A stretch of 64,000 bases of DNA from Bacteroidales bacterium (GTDB lineage Bacteria > Bacteroidota > Bacteroidia > Bacteroidales > JAIOZK01), in the NCBI GenBank assembly GCA_021740625.1, contig JAIOZK010000008.1, forward strand, positions 27,627 to 91,626, read 5' to 3'. Positions within the stretch are counted from its first letter, which is position 1; every line of letters begins with the position of its first letter. Of this stretch, positions 10,021 through 19,792 are shown piece by piece. The notes beneath the pieces were generated by a model. It searched no databases and was not told where the DNA came from. It saw nothing but the letters and a program-made list of their open reading frames with translations. The position numbers and the translations under genes were made by a program.

Positions 10021-11169
10021 TCAAATCACCTTTCTTGGAATATGATTTGGCAAGCGGGTTAAAAGCTCATAATTCATGCTATTGTTCATATCACTGAAGG
10101 AACTTACGGAAATTGACGTATCACCTTGCTCTCCGATCAGTACCACCTCATCCCCTACTTTTACATTTTTCACATCCGTAACATCGATCACCACCATATT
10201 CATATTGACAGTGCCTACAACCGGCACCCGTTTTCCGCTGACCAGCACATGGCCATTGTTGCTCAAAGTCCGGCTGAATCCGTATCCATAGCCAACCGGT
10301 ACCGTAGCGATCAAACTGTTTCGGTTGGTAATATAGCTTCTCCCGTAACTTACATATTTCCCTCTGGGTACTTTGTTTACACTCATGATCTCGCTCTTCC
10401 ACGACAAAACTCTTTTGAGGGGATCTTCTTCAAAGCCTTCCTCTTTCATGTGCATCATCTTTGTTTCATCGCTGGGCCAGAAACCGTAATTGGAAATGCC
10501 TACCCGCACCATATCCATGACAGAGTCCGAATAATTCAAAACACCGGCCGAACAGGCCAGGTGCCTGTACCTGGGATCAAAGCCTTCATCGTGAAACCAG
10601 TCGCATAATTCATGAAAAGTTCTTATTTGTTCAAGGATTCGTTTATAATTCACAATGCTTTCGGCTCCGGCCAGATGCGAACAAATGCCTTCAATTTCCA
10701 AGTACACGAAATGTTGTTTTAACAAACTCACCACTTCTTCGAGCTGGTATTCACAAAAACCGGTTCTATGCATACCGGTTTCAATTTCCACGTGGATCTT
10801 TGCTTTCTTTTCTATTTTGCGGGCCATCTCTATGGTATGTTTGAGGCGGTGAAGGCTAAAGACGAAAAATGAAATACCTCTTTCGATCGCCCATTCAAGG
10901 TAATCATCATCCACAAAACCCATGATCATCAGATCGCAGTAGTCTTTTTTGATCTCATAGGCCCGCATGGCTTCGGCTACACTGAATACGGAAAAATGAT
11001 CCACACCACATTCCTCAATCATGGGCAGGATTTCCTCAATTCCATGTCCGTAAGCATTTGCTTTAACGACCATGGAATACTTTACATCCTTGTTCATCCG
11101 GCTTTTGATGTACTGGATATTGTTGTTTAATGCGCTTTTGTCCAATTCAATATGAGATGTATGCAGCAT
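10021..11169 (-). CDS. alr: Alanine racemase
   Basis: VVKANAYGHG (PLP lysine), ETGMHRTG, VSYG, PVGYGYG, GTVNMN. Confidence 0.93.
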   Translation of the reverse strand: MLHTSHIELDKSALNNNIQYIKSRMNKDVKYSMVVKANAYGHGIEEILPMIEECGVDHFSVFSVAEAMRAYEIKKDYCDLMIMGFVDDDYLEWAIERGISFFVFSLHRLKHTIEMARKIEKKAKIHVEIETGMHRTGFCEYQLEEVVSLLKQHFVYLEIEGICSHLAGAESIVNYKRILEQIRTFHELCDWFHDEGFDPRYRHLACSAGVLNYSDSVMDMVRVGISNYGFWPSDETKMMHMKEEGFEEDPLKRVLSWKSEIMSVNKVPRGKYVSYGRSYITNRNSLIATVPVGYGYGFSRTLSNNGHVLVSGKRVPVVGTVNMNMVVIDVTDVKNVKVGDEVVLIGEQGDTSISVSSFSDMNNSMNYELLTRLPNHIPRKVI

Positions 11170-11232
11170 AGCTTTGAAGGTTCTAAGACCCAAAAATACA
11201 AAATCCTTCCGGGCTTCAGGGTCTAAGGTCCT

Positions 11233-12021
11233 TTAGGAATAAACATGCACACTGTTTTGTGCCGATGGAAGATAATTGATGCCAAACCAGCAAATCAGCA
11301 AAACGACGAAAGCCAGGGACAATATCCAGAGAGAAGATTTCACGTATTTTCTTTTGTTTACCCTGAAATGGATGTACAGCAAATAGACCAGCCAGGTGAG
11401 AAAGGCCCATGTTTCTTTGGGATCCCAGGTCCAGTAATGACCCCAGGCTTCTTTTGCCCACAAGGCCCCGAAAAGCAAACCGAATGTTAAAAAAGCAAAT
11501 CCGATGTAAACAATGTTGTCTGCCAGTTTTATGGTTTTATCCGTGGATTTGTTCCTGTACATCAGGTAGAGTCCTTTCAGACCCATCAAGGATGAAACAG
11601 CCAGGAAGGCATATCCTATGATATAGACGATCACATGGGGGATGAACCAGGGGCTCCGGAGGGCGGGCATCAGGGTTTTATCGAAAGTATCGGGATTCAT
11701 ATAATTGATGAACAAGAACAATATGGCCATCAATAGGCTGTAGGCAAGCATCCAGAGGAGCTTCCAGCGATAATAAATAATGATACCTATTAGCGAGATG
11801 AATATCGCATACCAGAGCCTTGTTTCGGCCAGTGTTCGGAAAGGGGGCCTTTCCAGGTTCAACCACAAGCCAATGGTGAATATTACAATGGATACAACAC
11901 CTCCGAGCAGAAAAATATCAGGAATCACTTTTACTTTCCTTGGCAAAACGAGTATAATCAGGGCAAGTATCCAAAGCCCTGATGATAAGATCATATAAAT
12001 TGAATAATCAGTCCAGTTCAT
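11233..12021 (-). CDS. ccsA: Cytochrome c biogenesis protein CcsA (system II)
   Basis: WWD domain GALWAKEAWGHYWTWDPKETWA; conserved His in WFIPHV and VHVY. Confidence 0.95.
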   Translation of the reverse strand: MNWTDYSIYMILSSGLWILALIILVLPRKVKVIPDIFLLGGVVSIVIFTIGLWLNLERPPFRTLAETRLWYAIFISLIGIIIYYRWKLLWMLAYSLLMAILFLFINYMNPDTFDKTLMPALRSPWFIPHVIVYIIGYAFLAVSSLMGLKGLYLMYRNKSTDKTIKLADNIVYIGFAFLTFGLLFGALWAKEAWGHYWTWDPKETWAFLTWLVYLLYIHFRVNKRKYVKSSLWILSLAFVVLLICWFGINYLPSAQNSVHVYS

Positions 12022-13246
12022 TTTCAGTCTTTTTCGTTGTTCTTCCCATCCAGACCAGGTAGAGCGATCCCAGCAGCATCATAAAGATTCCCACATAAAC
12101 GACGGGCAGCCAGGGGTCTTTCACGATCTCAACAATACTCACCTGCGACCATTTGCCCATCCTTTCATCATATCCGGTCTGGTAAAGGGTCCATCCATTT
12201 ATTTTAGCGGGTTTGTTCACCTTGATGGTGATATCCTCATATTCTTTCATGGATGTAAAAAAGCGTATTTCGGAACTGTATTCCATGGGTGCGGGTACCC
12301 GCATAGCGATCGCCCAGCGGTCAGAGAGATGCATGAATTTGTTCGGCACAATAAAACTGCCGCTGGTCAGCCACCCCGCTTTAATTTCGTCCGTAATTGT
12401 GTTTCTAACCCTCATATGCACCACCGGGGGAGCCCCGACCCGCTCACTCTCGGTATATCCTGTACTGTCGGGGAATCCGGATTCGTAATATTCATCTATA
12501 TTTATTTCCCACTGGCCGAATTCGGTGTTGAGTCCTTTTTCAACTGCGATCAGTTGTCCCATTTCGTCAATGGCAAACTGACCGGTATTTTTATCGACCA
12601 GCCCGATGCTGGGAGGATATTCCTTGATATGAAAATCGAGTAATTTTATGGCAAAGGGAAGCTGGTATGCCCTGCCCTCACCATCATATGCTCTGAAAAC
12701 GGCCTGGTTCTCCTGCAATGTCATATTTAACCGTCTCAGATCGGATGAACCCAGGGAGGCAGCAACGATGACAATCCATAAACCGGCATGATTCAGGAAA
12801 AAAGCAAAATTTTTAAGGTTCAGGGGGAATGAACGGCGCACTGTGGTATAGCCCAGTATGATCAGCAAATAAAAGGATAACAAGATATAGGGCCAGCTCC
12901 TTGTTACATGTGTCAGACCCAGATCAACCAGCAGTGAACCTCCCGATTCATCTGTTTGCGGAATAAAACCGAGTAACAATACCAGGATGGTAAACAAAGA
13001 AATGGAGGATATAGCTGCAGGCACACTGGACAGCCATTTCATGAAGGGATGTTTCACCATCCTGTAGGAAATATATATATAGGCGATCAAAACGAGGATC
13101 AATATAAAATTGAAGGGCCACCTGGGCAAATAGATCGCATCAACTGGTGATACAAGCTCAATAAAAAAACCCAGAAACAATAATACAATCCCAATGGTAA
13201 AACTTTCCCTGTATCCCCAGGGGTACTCCCAGAACCTTCTTCTCAT
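12008..13246 (-). CDS. resB: Cytochrome c biogenesis protein ResB/CcsB (system II)
   Basis: TM N-terminus, FFLNHAGLW conserved His, periplasmic domain, C-terminal KDPWLPVVYVG helix; overlaps ccsA start. Confidence 0.85.
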   Translation of the reverse strand: MRRRFWEYPWGYRESFTIGIVLLFLGFFIELVSPVDAIYLPRWPFNFILILVLIAYIYISYRMVKHPFMKWLSSVPAAISSISLFTILVLLLGFIPQTDESGGSLLVDLGLTHVTRSWPYILLSFYLLIILGYTTVRRSFPLNLKNFAFFLNHAGLWIVIVAASLGSSDLRRLNMTLQENQAVFRAYDGEGRAYQLPFAIKLLDFHIKEYPPSIGLVDKNTGQFAIDEMGQLIAVEKGLNTEFGQWEINIDEYYESGFPDSTGYTESERVGAPPVVHMRVRNTITDEIKAGWLTSGSFIVPNKFMHLSDRWAIAMRVPAPMEYSSEIRFFTSMKEYEDITIKVNKPAKINGWTLYQTGYDERMGKWSQVSIVEIVKDPWLPVVYVGIFMMLLGSLYLVWMGRTTKKTENELD

Positions 13247-13277
13247 TTTCGATCTTCTCAGTATTGCAAAGTATAGA

Positions 13278-14777
13278 TTAGTATAAATCCCTGTGACATT
13301 CGGCGCAATATGTGGTTTTCCATTCTTCACCAATATCAACGGGGTGCCTGAATTCAAGCGATTCTTCAGCCATAGCATATTCCTTGTTTCCGGGTGTACC
13401 TTGCGCCTTGATCTCGTGGCAGAGATTACAATCTCTTGAAATCACCCTGTTTCCTTTTGAAATGTGTTTATCATTGTGACACCTAACACATCCTTCGGTA
13501 TTCAAATGGCCGATATGATCGGGATATACATCCCACTTCACCTTCATTTCAGGAAAAATATTTTTTTTAAACTCTTCCTGCAAAACAGCAATTGCATTTT
13601 CAATCACAGCCTTATTGGTATCATAGATATCAGGATATAAAAACTCATAATAAAATCTGATTTCTTGTTCAATGTACTCCATGGCACTGTCGGTGGTTGG
13701 GAAATCATTGTTCAAAATATCCATGGCTGCAACTTTAATATCGGGAAGATCTTTGGGTATTCTGCCTGCCGTAATGGCATTATCCACAAACTCCTGCGGA
13801 GGATGGTATTTGTGTGAAGGTCTGTTGTGGCAATCCATACAATCCATTACACGAATTTCGGACTGGTTTATTTTTGATATATCAATGCTGGTATCAGGAT
13901 CCTGGTAAACGACTGACTTGCCGGTTTTCAAATCCGTATACCTCACCCATGGGATGTTCTCCCTTTCCCGGTCGGTGGCATAATATTCAATTTTAACATC
14001 CGGATTGATGTGCCAGTGAATGCCTTCTTTAAATCCGAGGGCTTCATAATTGGAGCCAATCTTCATCTGCATGCTAATATCCCATTCGGTATTTTCGGTA
14101 TTGGCAATATAGTGCTTGCGGTATTGCAGCTTTCTCGAGTAAAACTGTTCCGGCCAGTGGCATTCTTCACATGTTTCCCTGGCAGGGCGCAGGTTCCTTA
14201 CCGGAGTAGGAATGGGTTTGGGATAATTCCCCGTTGTAACAGCATAAACCTGGTACAGGCCCGACATTTTGGATTTTACGTACCAGTCGGCACCAGGACC
14301 TACATGACAATCCACACAGGCTACTCTTGCATGGGGTGATTCCTGGTAAGCTACATACTCAGGTTTCATCACTTTGTGGCATACCTTACCACAAAACTCT
14401 ACCGACTCGGTATAATGATATGCTTCATAGCTTCCGATGGCCGAAAGCATCAAAAAAATAACGGTTCCAAAAGTGAAAATAAAAAAAGCATTTCTGTAAC
14501 GTTTATCATTCAGATCGATTTTGGGCCAGCCACTTTTATGCGCAGGCTCCTTTTTCTTCTCACGTTTCTTTTTAACAAAGGTCCCAATGGGAATCAGGAT
14601 GAGCCCGATCACCAGAAACGCTGGCAATATAATATAAATGAACAAACCGAGGTAAGAACTCCCCTGGTCGAAGATTACGGATACCAGAAAAAGAAATACA
14701 ATAATAAAAAGGCTGACGAGTGCAATGATTGCTCCCATCAGTGATGTCCAGTTGTTAAATGATCTTGGCAGTTTCAT
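13278..14777 (-). CDS. 7-heme NapC/NirT-domain inner-membrane cytochrome c (ImcH-like)
   Basis: Three N-terminal TM helices; CGKVCH plus CVDCH, CEECH, CMDCH, CVRCH, CNLCH, CAECH. Confidence 0.85.
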   Translation of the reverse strand: MKLPRSFNNWTSLMGAIIALVSLFIIVFLFLVSVIFDQGSSYLGLFIYIILPAFLVIGLILIPIGTFVKKKREKKKEPAHKSGWPKIDLNDKRYRNAFFIFTFGTVIFLMLSAIGSYEAYHYTESVEFCGKVCHKVMKPEYVAYQESPHARVACVDCHVGPGADWYVKSKMSGLYQVYAVTTGNYPKPIPTPVRNLRPARETCEECHWPEQFYSRKLQYRKHYIANTENTEWDISMQMKIGSNYEALGFKEGIHWHINPDVKIEYYATDRERENIPWVRYTDLKTGKSVVYQDPDTSIDISKINQSEIRVMDCMDCHNRPSHKYHPPQEFVDNAITAGRIPKDLPDIKVAAMDILNNDFPTTDSAMEYIEQEIRFYYEFLYPDIYDTNKAVIENAIAVLQEEFKKNIFPEMKVKWDVYPDHIGHLNTEGCVRCHNDKHISKGNRVISRDCNLCHEIKAQGTPGNKEYAMAEESLEFRHPVDIGEEWKTTYCAECHRDLY

Positions 14778-14883
14778 AAGTTCATGATTCTTGTTATTTA
14801 CAATGCCCTGCCCTTCTACCTTTGCGTTCAGCTATTTGATAATAAAAATATTTTCAATCATGCTGCTTTTGCAGCACATTCAA

Positions 14884-15504
14884 TCAATCGTGTGTTTTAT
14901 GCCAGCCGTTAAACATGGCCTTAAAGTGGCTCAGGGGTGTGGCCCCGATGGTGCTGAAGTAAATATGAACGATCAGGAAAACCGAAACAAAAAACCCGAT
15001 GATCAAATGCAGGAGGTCTGTCAGATGCAAACCACTGACACCAAATACGTCATGTATGGTGATCTCGGGAAAAAGCAACGCCCAACCCGTAATAATAAGC
15101 AGGGGTATAAATACGTACATAACCACTGCATAGGATATTTTCTGTAGAGGATTGAATTTCCTTTTTTCATTGATCGGGAAAGGCGGCTTTTCGCCCCTGA
15201 ACAATCCAAGCGTGTAATATTTGAACTGTTTCATCAATTCAGTGCTGATGGTACGCAGGTTCAGATGGTAATATCTACCATTACCGGTAATCATGTTCCC
15301 CACAAGAAAGATCAGATAGCTCGCAGTTAAGAGTATACCGGTAATGTTGTGGATGGAAACAGCCAGATCGAAACGCATGAAGGGGAAATCGGGATTCGAA
15401 TATTGCATGCTCAGTCCTGTCAGGATCAAAAGAATGCATAAAACAGCATTTAACCAATGCCAGAACCTCAACCACAGCGGATAGAAATAATATTTTACTG
15501 CCAT
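14884..15504 (-). CDS. Diheme cytochrome b (HydC/FdnI-like, Ni_hydr_CYTB family)
   Basis: RFWHWLNA, SIHNITG, KFNPLQK, LHL...VHIY; four TM helices with paired His. Confidence 0.9.
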   Translation of the reverse strand: MAVKYYFYPLWLRFWHWLNAVLCILLILTGLSMQYSNPDFPFMRFDLAVSIHNITGILLTASYLIFLVGNMITGNGRYYHLNLRTISTELMKQFKYYTLGLFRGEKPPFPINEKRKFNPLQKISYAVVMYVFIPLLIITGWALLFPEITIHDVFGVSGLHLTDLLHLIIGFFVSVFLIVHIYFSTIGATPLSHFKAMFNGWHKTHD

Positions 15505-15513
15505 CTCCTTTTC

Positions 15514-16476
15514 CTATTTATTAATGATACGCAACACTATATGAACACCAATACCCAGCACTACCAATCCAAACAACACAATACTGATGAGATTAAGATA
15601 ATAGTTCCGGTTGGCTCCCACCACATAATATTCACCCAGCAATGCAGAATTGAAGAATCCTGCCTTATTTCTTTCTTCTTTAGCCTGGTAGCGGTAAAGA
15701 GAAGCCATCAGCAATGAATTATCAGAATGACATTCGACACATTTTTTTACAGCCTTTTCTTTGGGTAGTATGTTATGGGCTACCAACAGGGTATCACTTT
15801 GCTCGGCATGGCATTCGATACAGCGCACACTTTTAAAATGCAATGCCTGGTTGGGAAGCCAGTCATGTGTTTCCAGCACATTCGGGTTTTCCCTTTCGGC
15901 TATGAACATGAATTCATCAATATCAGCATGACAATTCAGACAAATTGCATTGTCATAGGCAATTACTTCTTTGATATTTTCTTCAGTTCTTGCGCTGATC
16001 TTATACTCGTGCGGATTATGGCACATCCAGCAACTGAAGGTTTCATTGTGCTTTTGAGAGTGGATGCTTTTTTCGTATTCCGATTGAATTTCTTCGAAAT
16101 TAAATTTGGCCCATTCATCCCCGAATCCATGACAATCCATACAGGAATAGGAAGGTTCCATCCGCAGGTAACCTGGGTGCGGAAATTCTTCATATTCGTA
16201 TGAATGGCAATCAATGCATGTGAAAGTTTTATGGTTGGAATTGTAATATTCTGCAGAATCGATCACATAAAACGGATTCATCCTTTCTCTCACATCTCCT
16301 TCCACCCAATCGTTATAATAACTGTAGTATTTATTCCCATGGCATTTTAGGCATTTTTGGTTTTCCTTAACATTTTCAGGTATGCTGTCAGTTTGCTGAG
16401 CAAACAAACCTGCATTAGCAATCATGAAAAAGAACATCCAAATCAATGCCTGAATTCTCATCCCTTTTATCATCAT
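15514..16476 (-). CDS. 7-heme periplasmic cytochrome c with C-terminal membrane anchor
   Basis: Signal peptide; CLKCH, CIDCH, CMDCH, CWMCH, CLNCH, CIECH, CVECH; C-terminal hydrophobic helix. Confidence 0.9.
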   Translation of the reverse strand: MMIKGMRIQALIWMFFFMIANAGLFAQQTDSIPENVKENQKCLKCHGNKYYSYYNDWVEGDVRERMNPFYVIDSAEYYNSNHKTFTCIDCHSYEYEEFPHPGYLRMEPSYSCMDCHGFGDEWAKFNFEEIQSEYEKSIHSQKHNETFSCWMCHNPHEYKISARTEENIKEVIAYDNAICLNCHADIDEFMFIAERENPNVLETHDWLPNQALHFKSVRCIECHAEQSDTLLVAHNILPKEKAVKKCVECHSDNSLLMASLYRYQAKEERNKAGFFNSALLGEYYVVGANRNYYLNLISIVLFGLVVLGIGVHIVLRIINK

Positions 16477-16554
16477 CTGTTCAGTATGTTTAGGAAAAAA
16501 TGAATGAGGACATCCAGCCAACAATGCCGGACATCCCCATTGATCACAGGCAAA

Positions 16555-16962
16555 TTATTTTTTCAGTGACCTGATGTAGTTTACCACTGCCCAGCGATCT
16601 TCGTCATCAGGGATTTTGCTTTCAAAATTGGGCATTTCATCCCTGCCGATGATGGACATATAATAGATTTCACCATCGTTATATGCTGCCTGAAAATCCT
16701 CCGACGAAAGGTCAAACATAGGCACATCGATCTGTTTGGCCCTGGGTCCGTCGGCTTCACCCTTGTTTCCGTGACAGGACTTACAATTCTTTGCATAAAG
16801 CATTTTTCCGATCCTGTCGAGGCCTTTATCGCCTTTATAAGGATTTTCCATGTTTTTATACTCATCCGGAATTTCCCAGGGGGTTTTATCCCCTTCGGGA
16901 AGTCCGAACGACATCATCAGAAATGCAAAACCTGCAATGAGTGTAATACTTGACTTTTTCAT
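16555..16962 (-). CDS. Monoheme class I cytochrome c
   Basis: Signal peptide, CKSCH, distal Met in EMPNF. Confidence 0.9.
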   Translation of the reverse strand: MKKSSITLIAGFAFLMMSFGLPEGDKTPWEIPDEYKNMENPYKGDKGLDRIGKMLYAKNCKSCHGNKGEADGPRAKQIDVPMFDLSSEDFQAAYNDGEIYYMSIIGRDEMPNFESKIPDDEDRWAVVNYIRSLKK

Positions 16963-17159
16963 ATTTTATTCTCCTTTATTATAGATTATTTTGTGAATAT
17001 CTGCAATTAATTCTTATTCAACCCCAAGGCCGGACCCATTTTTCTGATGCCGGACATTGGGCAAACTTATCTGACGGCAATCATGTTAAATCATACCTCT
17101 CGTCCGCACCCTGCCACTGAAGCTTCAGCATAAGCGTTCGAAGCAAATGCGAATAAGGA

Positions 17160-18020
17160 TTAAAAACTCCACAATCTCGTAATATTAAACCCGAACATGA
17201 TGCCACCATCGAAAAAATCATTGGTATTGTGCATCATGTTATACTGTGGTACCAAGGCCCTTCCGCTGGATACGAACATCTGGAACACGTGGGTACTGGT
17301 AGAGATCTCCCAGCCGATCCCAATGTTGGCCTTGGGTTTTAAAGCCGGTTCATGATGTTCATAAATGCCTTCTATTTCAAGGGGTTGATTCCACTGCAAA
17401 GTTATGGAAGATTGCGGGCTTATCCTGGCCCTGCCGCTGAAAGCGATACCGATCTTGTCGTGCTCATATTCTTTCTGCACTTTATTGATGTGGGAGAAGG
17501 TTGGGGCCACCTGTACGGATATACCATAGCTTATTTTCCGGGAAATGATAAGCGCGGCATAGTAGCTAAAGCGGTTGCTAAACTTGTAATCTTTACCGAA
17601 AACATCTTTCTCCCTTCCATCGATGGCCATGTTTCCATAAAAGGCTACACCTACCGGAATGGTATTTTCACGTGTTTGCTCAAAAACAATATATTTCGCC
17701 CTGAAATCCTGAAGTTTTTGGTCTTTTGTTGTGCCGAGGCCGATCATAAGATTATCCAGCAAACTGTAGTTTAAAGCAAGTCGAATATTGGAGGCCGCAT
17801 AAATCCCCCACAGGTCTTTATGATCTTTTATTTCTCCAAATCTGTGTTCGATCACAAATTCAAGCGTTTTTTTCGTAGGTACAATGACGGTCTGGTTATC
17901 GATTAAAATCCCGCTTTCGAAAGGTGCCCTGACGGGTTTATCTTTTTTCTTCTCTTCCTGTGCAAGCAATGAACCCGCTCCTATGAGCAAAGCAAATAAT
18001 ATGATTGTAAATTTCTTCAT
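17160..18020 (-). CDS. DUF5777-like outer-membrane beta-barrel
   Basis: Signal peptide; HRFG, THVFQ motifs; C-terminal GFNITRLWSF with terminal aromatic residue; paralog at 47380-48288. Confidence 0.75.
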   Translation of the reverse strand: MKKFTIILFALLIGAGSLLAQEEKKKDKPVRAPFESGILIDNQTVIVPTKKTLEFVIEHRFGEIKDHKDLWGIYAASNIRLALNYSLLDNLMIGLGTTKDQKLQDFRAKYIVFEQTRENTIPVGVAFYGNMAIDGREKDVFGKDYKFSNRFSYYAALIISRKISYGISVQVAPTFSHINKVQKEYEHDKIGIAFSGRARISPQSSITLQWNQPLEIEGIYEHHEPALKPKANIGIGWEISTSTHVFQMFVSSGRALVPQYNMMHNTNDFFDGGIMFGFNITRLWSF

Positions 18021-18049
18021 TTTCCCTTTTTTTAAAATGAACAATAGGA

Positions 18050-18430
18050 TTAATTATTTTTGGCACCCTGTTGTATCCATATCAGTACTTTGGCGGCATT
18101 ATCCACACTATATTTATCATGCTGTTCCGCACTATTGGGATCGGGAACAACATACAGGGGGCTGCTTTGAGGATTGGCAGTATCAACAAGATTGTTATTC
18201 TGAATACTCTGGTAAGCCTGTGCTTCCTCGAGCGAAAATGCGATACCTGTAGTACTGTGGCAGGCAACACATCCATCATCCTGGAAGATCGGAACAATAT
18301 CCGATTTAAAGCTCAGGGGAACATCAGGATCTATATCTGGTTTTTTAAGTTCGATAAACTCGTATTCACAGGCACTCAGGAAAGCGATGACCGTGAAAAG
18401 CATGCATATTTGTATAATTTTTTTCATCAT
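18050..18430 (-). CDS. Monoheme cytochrome c lipoprotein
   Basis: Lipobox LSAC; SF..DI.PIF...CVACH...WIQQGAKNN module. Confidence 0.8.
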   Translation of the reverse strand: MMKKIIQICMLFTVIAFLSACEYEFIELKKPDIDPDVPLSFKSDIVPIFQDDGCVACHSTTGIAFSLEEAQAYQSIQNNNLVDTANPQSSPLYVVPDPNSAEQHDKYSVDNAAKVLIWIQQGAKNN

Positions 18431-18461
18431 ATCAGGTCTTTGAATATTATTACAAATTACG

Positions 18462-18495
18462 AAAAAGGCCTCATTGCGCAAACGAAGCCTTTTTT
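18462..18495 (-). terminator. Intrinsic terminator after the hexaheme lipoprotein gene
   Basis: Minus strand aaaaaggcttcgtt-tgcgc-aatgaggccttttt stem-loop with U tract. Confidence 0.7.
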
Positions 18496-18511
18496 CAATA
18501 TGCAATGAACT

Positions 18512-19543
18512 CTATTGCAATGATTCGATTGAGTTTGTCAGGAGGGCTTTGGCGTATTTCATATTGTGTGTTCCGCCGCTTCTGTCCTCAAGTACAAATT
18601 TATAATTGAAAACACCACCAACCTGATCCATTGAAAGGGTAATACCCTCATCTCCGACGGGTACATAACCTGTGCTGTCAAGTGCTCCCTGTGCAATCAG
18701 CAAGCCTTTTAAATCCTCGAGCAGATTATCTATTTCATTTTTGGATTCTTCGATCATGGTTTCAAGATCATCACCTTCGTGGCATTCAACACAGCCTGCT
18801 TCATTTACAACTGCATGACCATGGTAAATATAGCTCGTTCCCATGGTATGTCCTCCTGCCTGGGTTCCATAGGCTGTTGCCATGTGACAGGTAACACAAC
18901 CATCTTCTATCAGTTCGGTGTGTAAAGAATTGTTGTAGCCCATGCTACCGGCAACTTCATAACCGCCACTGCCTGCAAGCATATTTCCCTGGGGACCGTG
19001 ATGGGGACCATACCGCATATTGTCAACCAATACATCACCTCCTCCCGGAACCGGCATTGGATCGGGTACCCGTGACTGATGACAACTTGCACAAAGGTTT
19101 CCTTTGCCCATATCAGCCACTGCCCCATTGATCCAGAACTCAACCGGTTCGGATGTTGTAAATGCCCAGTCTTCTACTGTGTAAGTTTCGTGGATCTTGT
19201 GACATGCATAACAATTAACAGGTGCCGGATTGTTGATCGGCTCGGCTGTCTCCATAGCACCGGTTTCAATAACTTCAACAAATCCCTGACTGGTATGACA
19301 TGGTGCACAACTGGTTCCGTTCCTTTCAAAATTACCACCTGTAGCGTGGGTAGATGCTTCCCACTGAACAGAGGCAGCAAAGATCATCTGGGAATCATCA
19401 TGACATTTGACACATCCTGCTGTTCCGTCTTGCCCATCTTTTCCGTCGGCACCCGCTGGCCCTTCTTTCGTACATCCTGAAATGATCAATGCTGCTGCAA
19501 AGACCATCGCAGTGGATAGTGATAAGAGTTTAAAGTTTTTCAT
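18512..19543 (-). CDS. Hexaheme cytochrome c lipoprotein
   Basis: Lipobox ISGC; GPAGADGKDGQDG linker; CVKCH, CAPCH, CYACH, CASCH, CVTCH, CVECH. Confidence 0.9.
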   Translation of the reverse strand: MKNFKLLSLSTAMVFAAALIISGCTKEGPAGADGKDGQDGTAGCVKCHDDSQMIFAASVQWEASTHATGGNFERNGTSCAPCHTSQGFVEVIETGAMETAEPINNPAPVNCYACHKIHETYTVEDWAFTTSEPVEFWINGAVADMGKGNLCASCHQSRVPDPMPVPGGGDVLVDNMRYGPHHGPQGNMLAGSGGYEVAGSMGYNNSLHTELIEDGCVTCHMATAYGTQAGGHTMGTSYIYHGHAVVNEAGCVECHEGDDLETMIEESKNEIDNLLEDLKGLLIAQGALDSTGYVPVGDEGITLSMDQVGGVFNYKFVLEDRSGGTHNMKYAKALLTNSIESLQ

Positions 19544-19678
19544 AATCTATTCGTTTTATTTGTTTGTTTTTCACCCTGTTGTTAAACGCTTAACAATAAT
19601 AATCATAAATTACATCTAGGAACCGCAAATCAATATGATTTGAATCAGGATAATTAAATAACTAAATACATTGATTCA

Positions 19679-19692
19679 TTGATAAAAATCAA
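19679..19692. promoter_or_regulatory. FNR/CRP-family box TTGAT-N4-ATCAA
   Basis: Exact ttgataaaaatcaa; near matches at 19635-19648 and 19700-19713; lies between the cytochrome operon and the Crp/Fnr gene. Confidence 0.75.
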
Positions 19693-19792
19693 TATATTTG
19701 TGATCAGGGTCAATTGTGAAAACGATAAGTATTTGATTGGTTGGGCTATATAACGACCTGGTTTGTAGCTATTTAGACTAATTTTAAATAAG

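Noticed and set aside
17100-17160. gaagcttcagcataagcg palindrome-like stretch inside the cytochrome cluster
   Set aside because: Single, degenerate occurrence in the window; cannot be distinguished from chance or a weak terminator
13278-19543. NrfAH nitrite reductase operon (usual partner of ccsA/resB in Bacteroidota)
   Set aside because: No CxxCK active-site motif in any cytochrome; the NapC-type protein is far larger than NrfH
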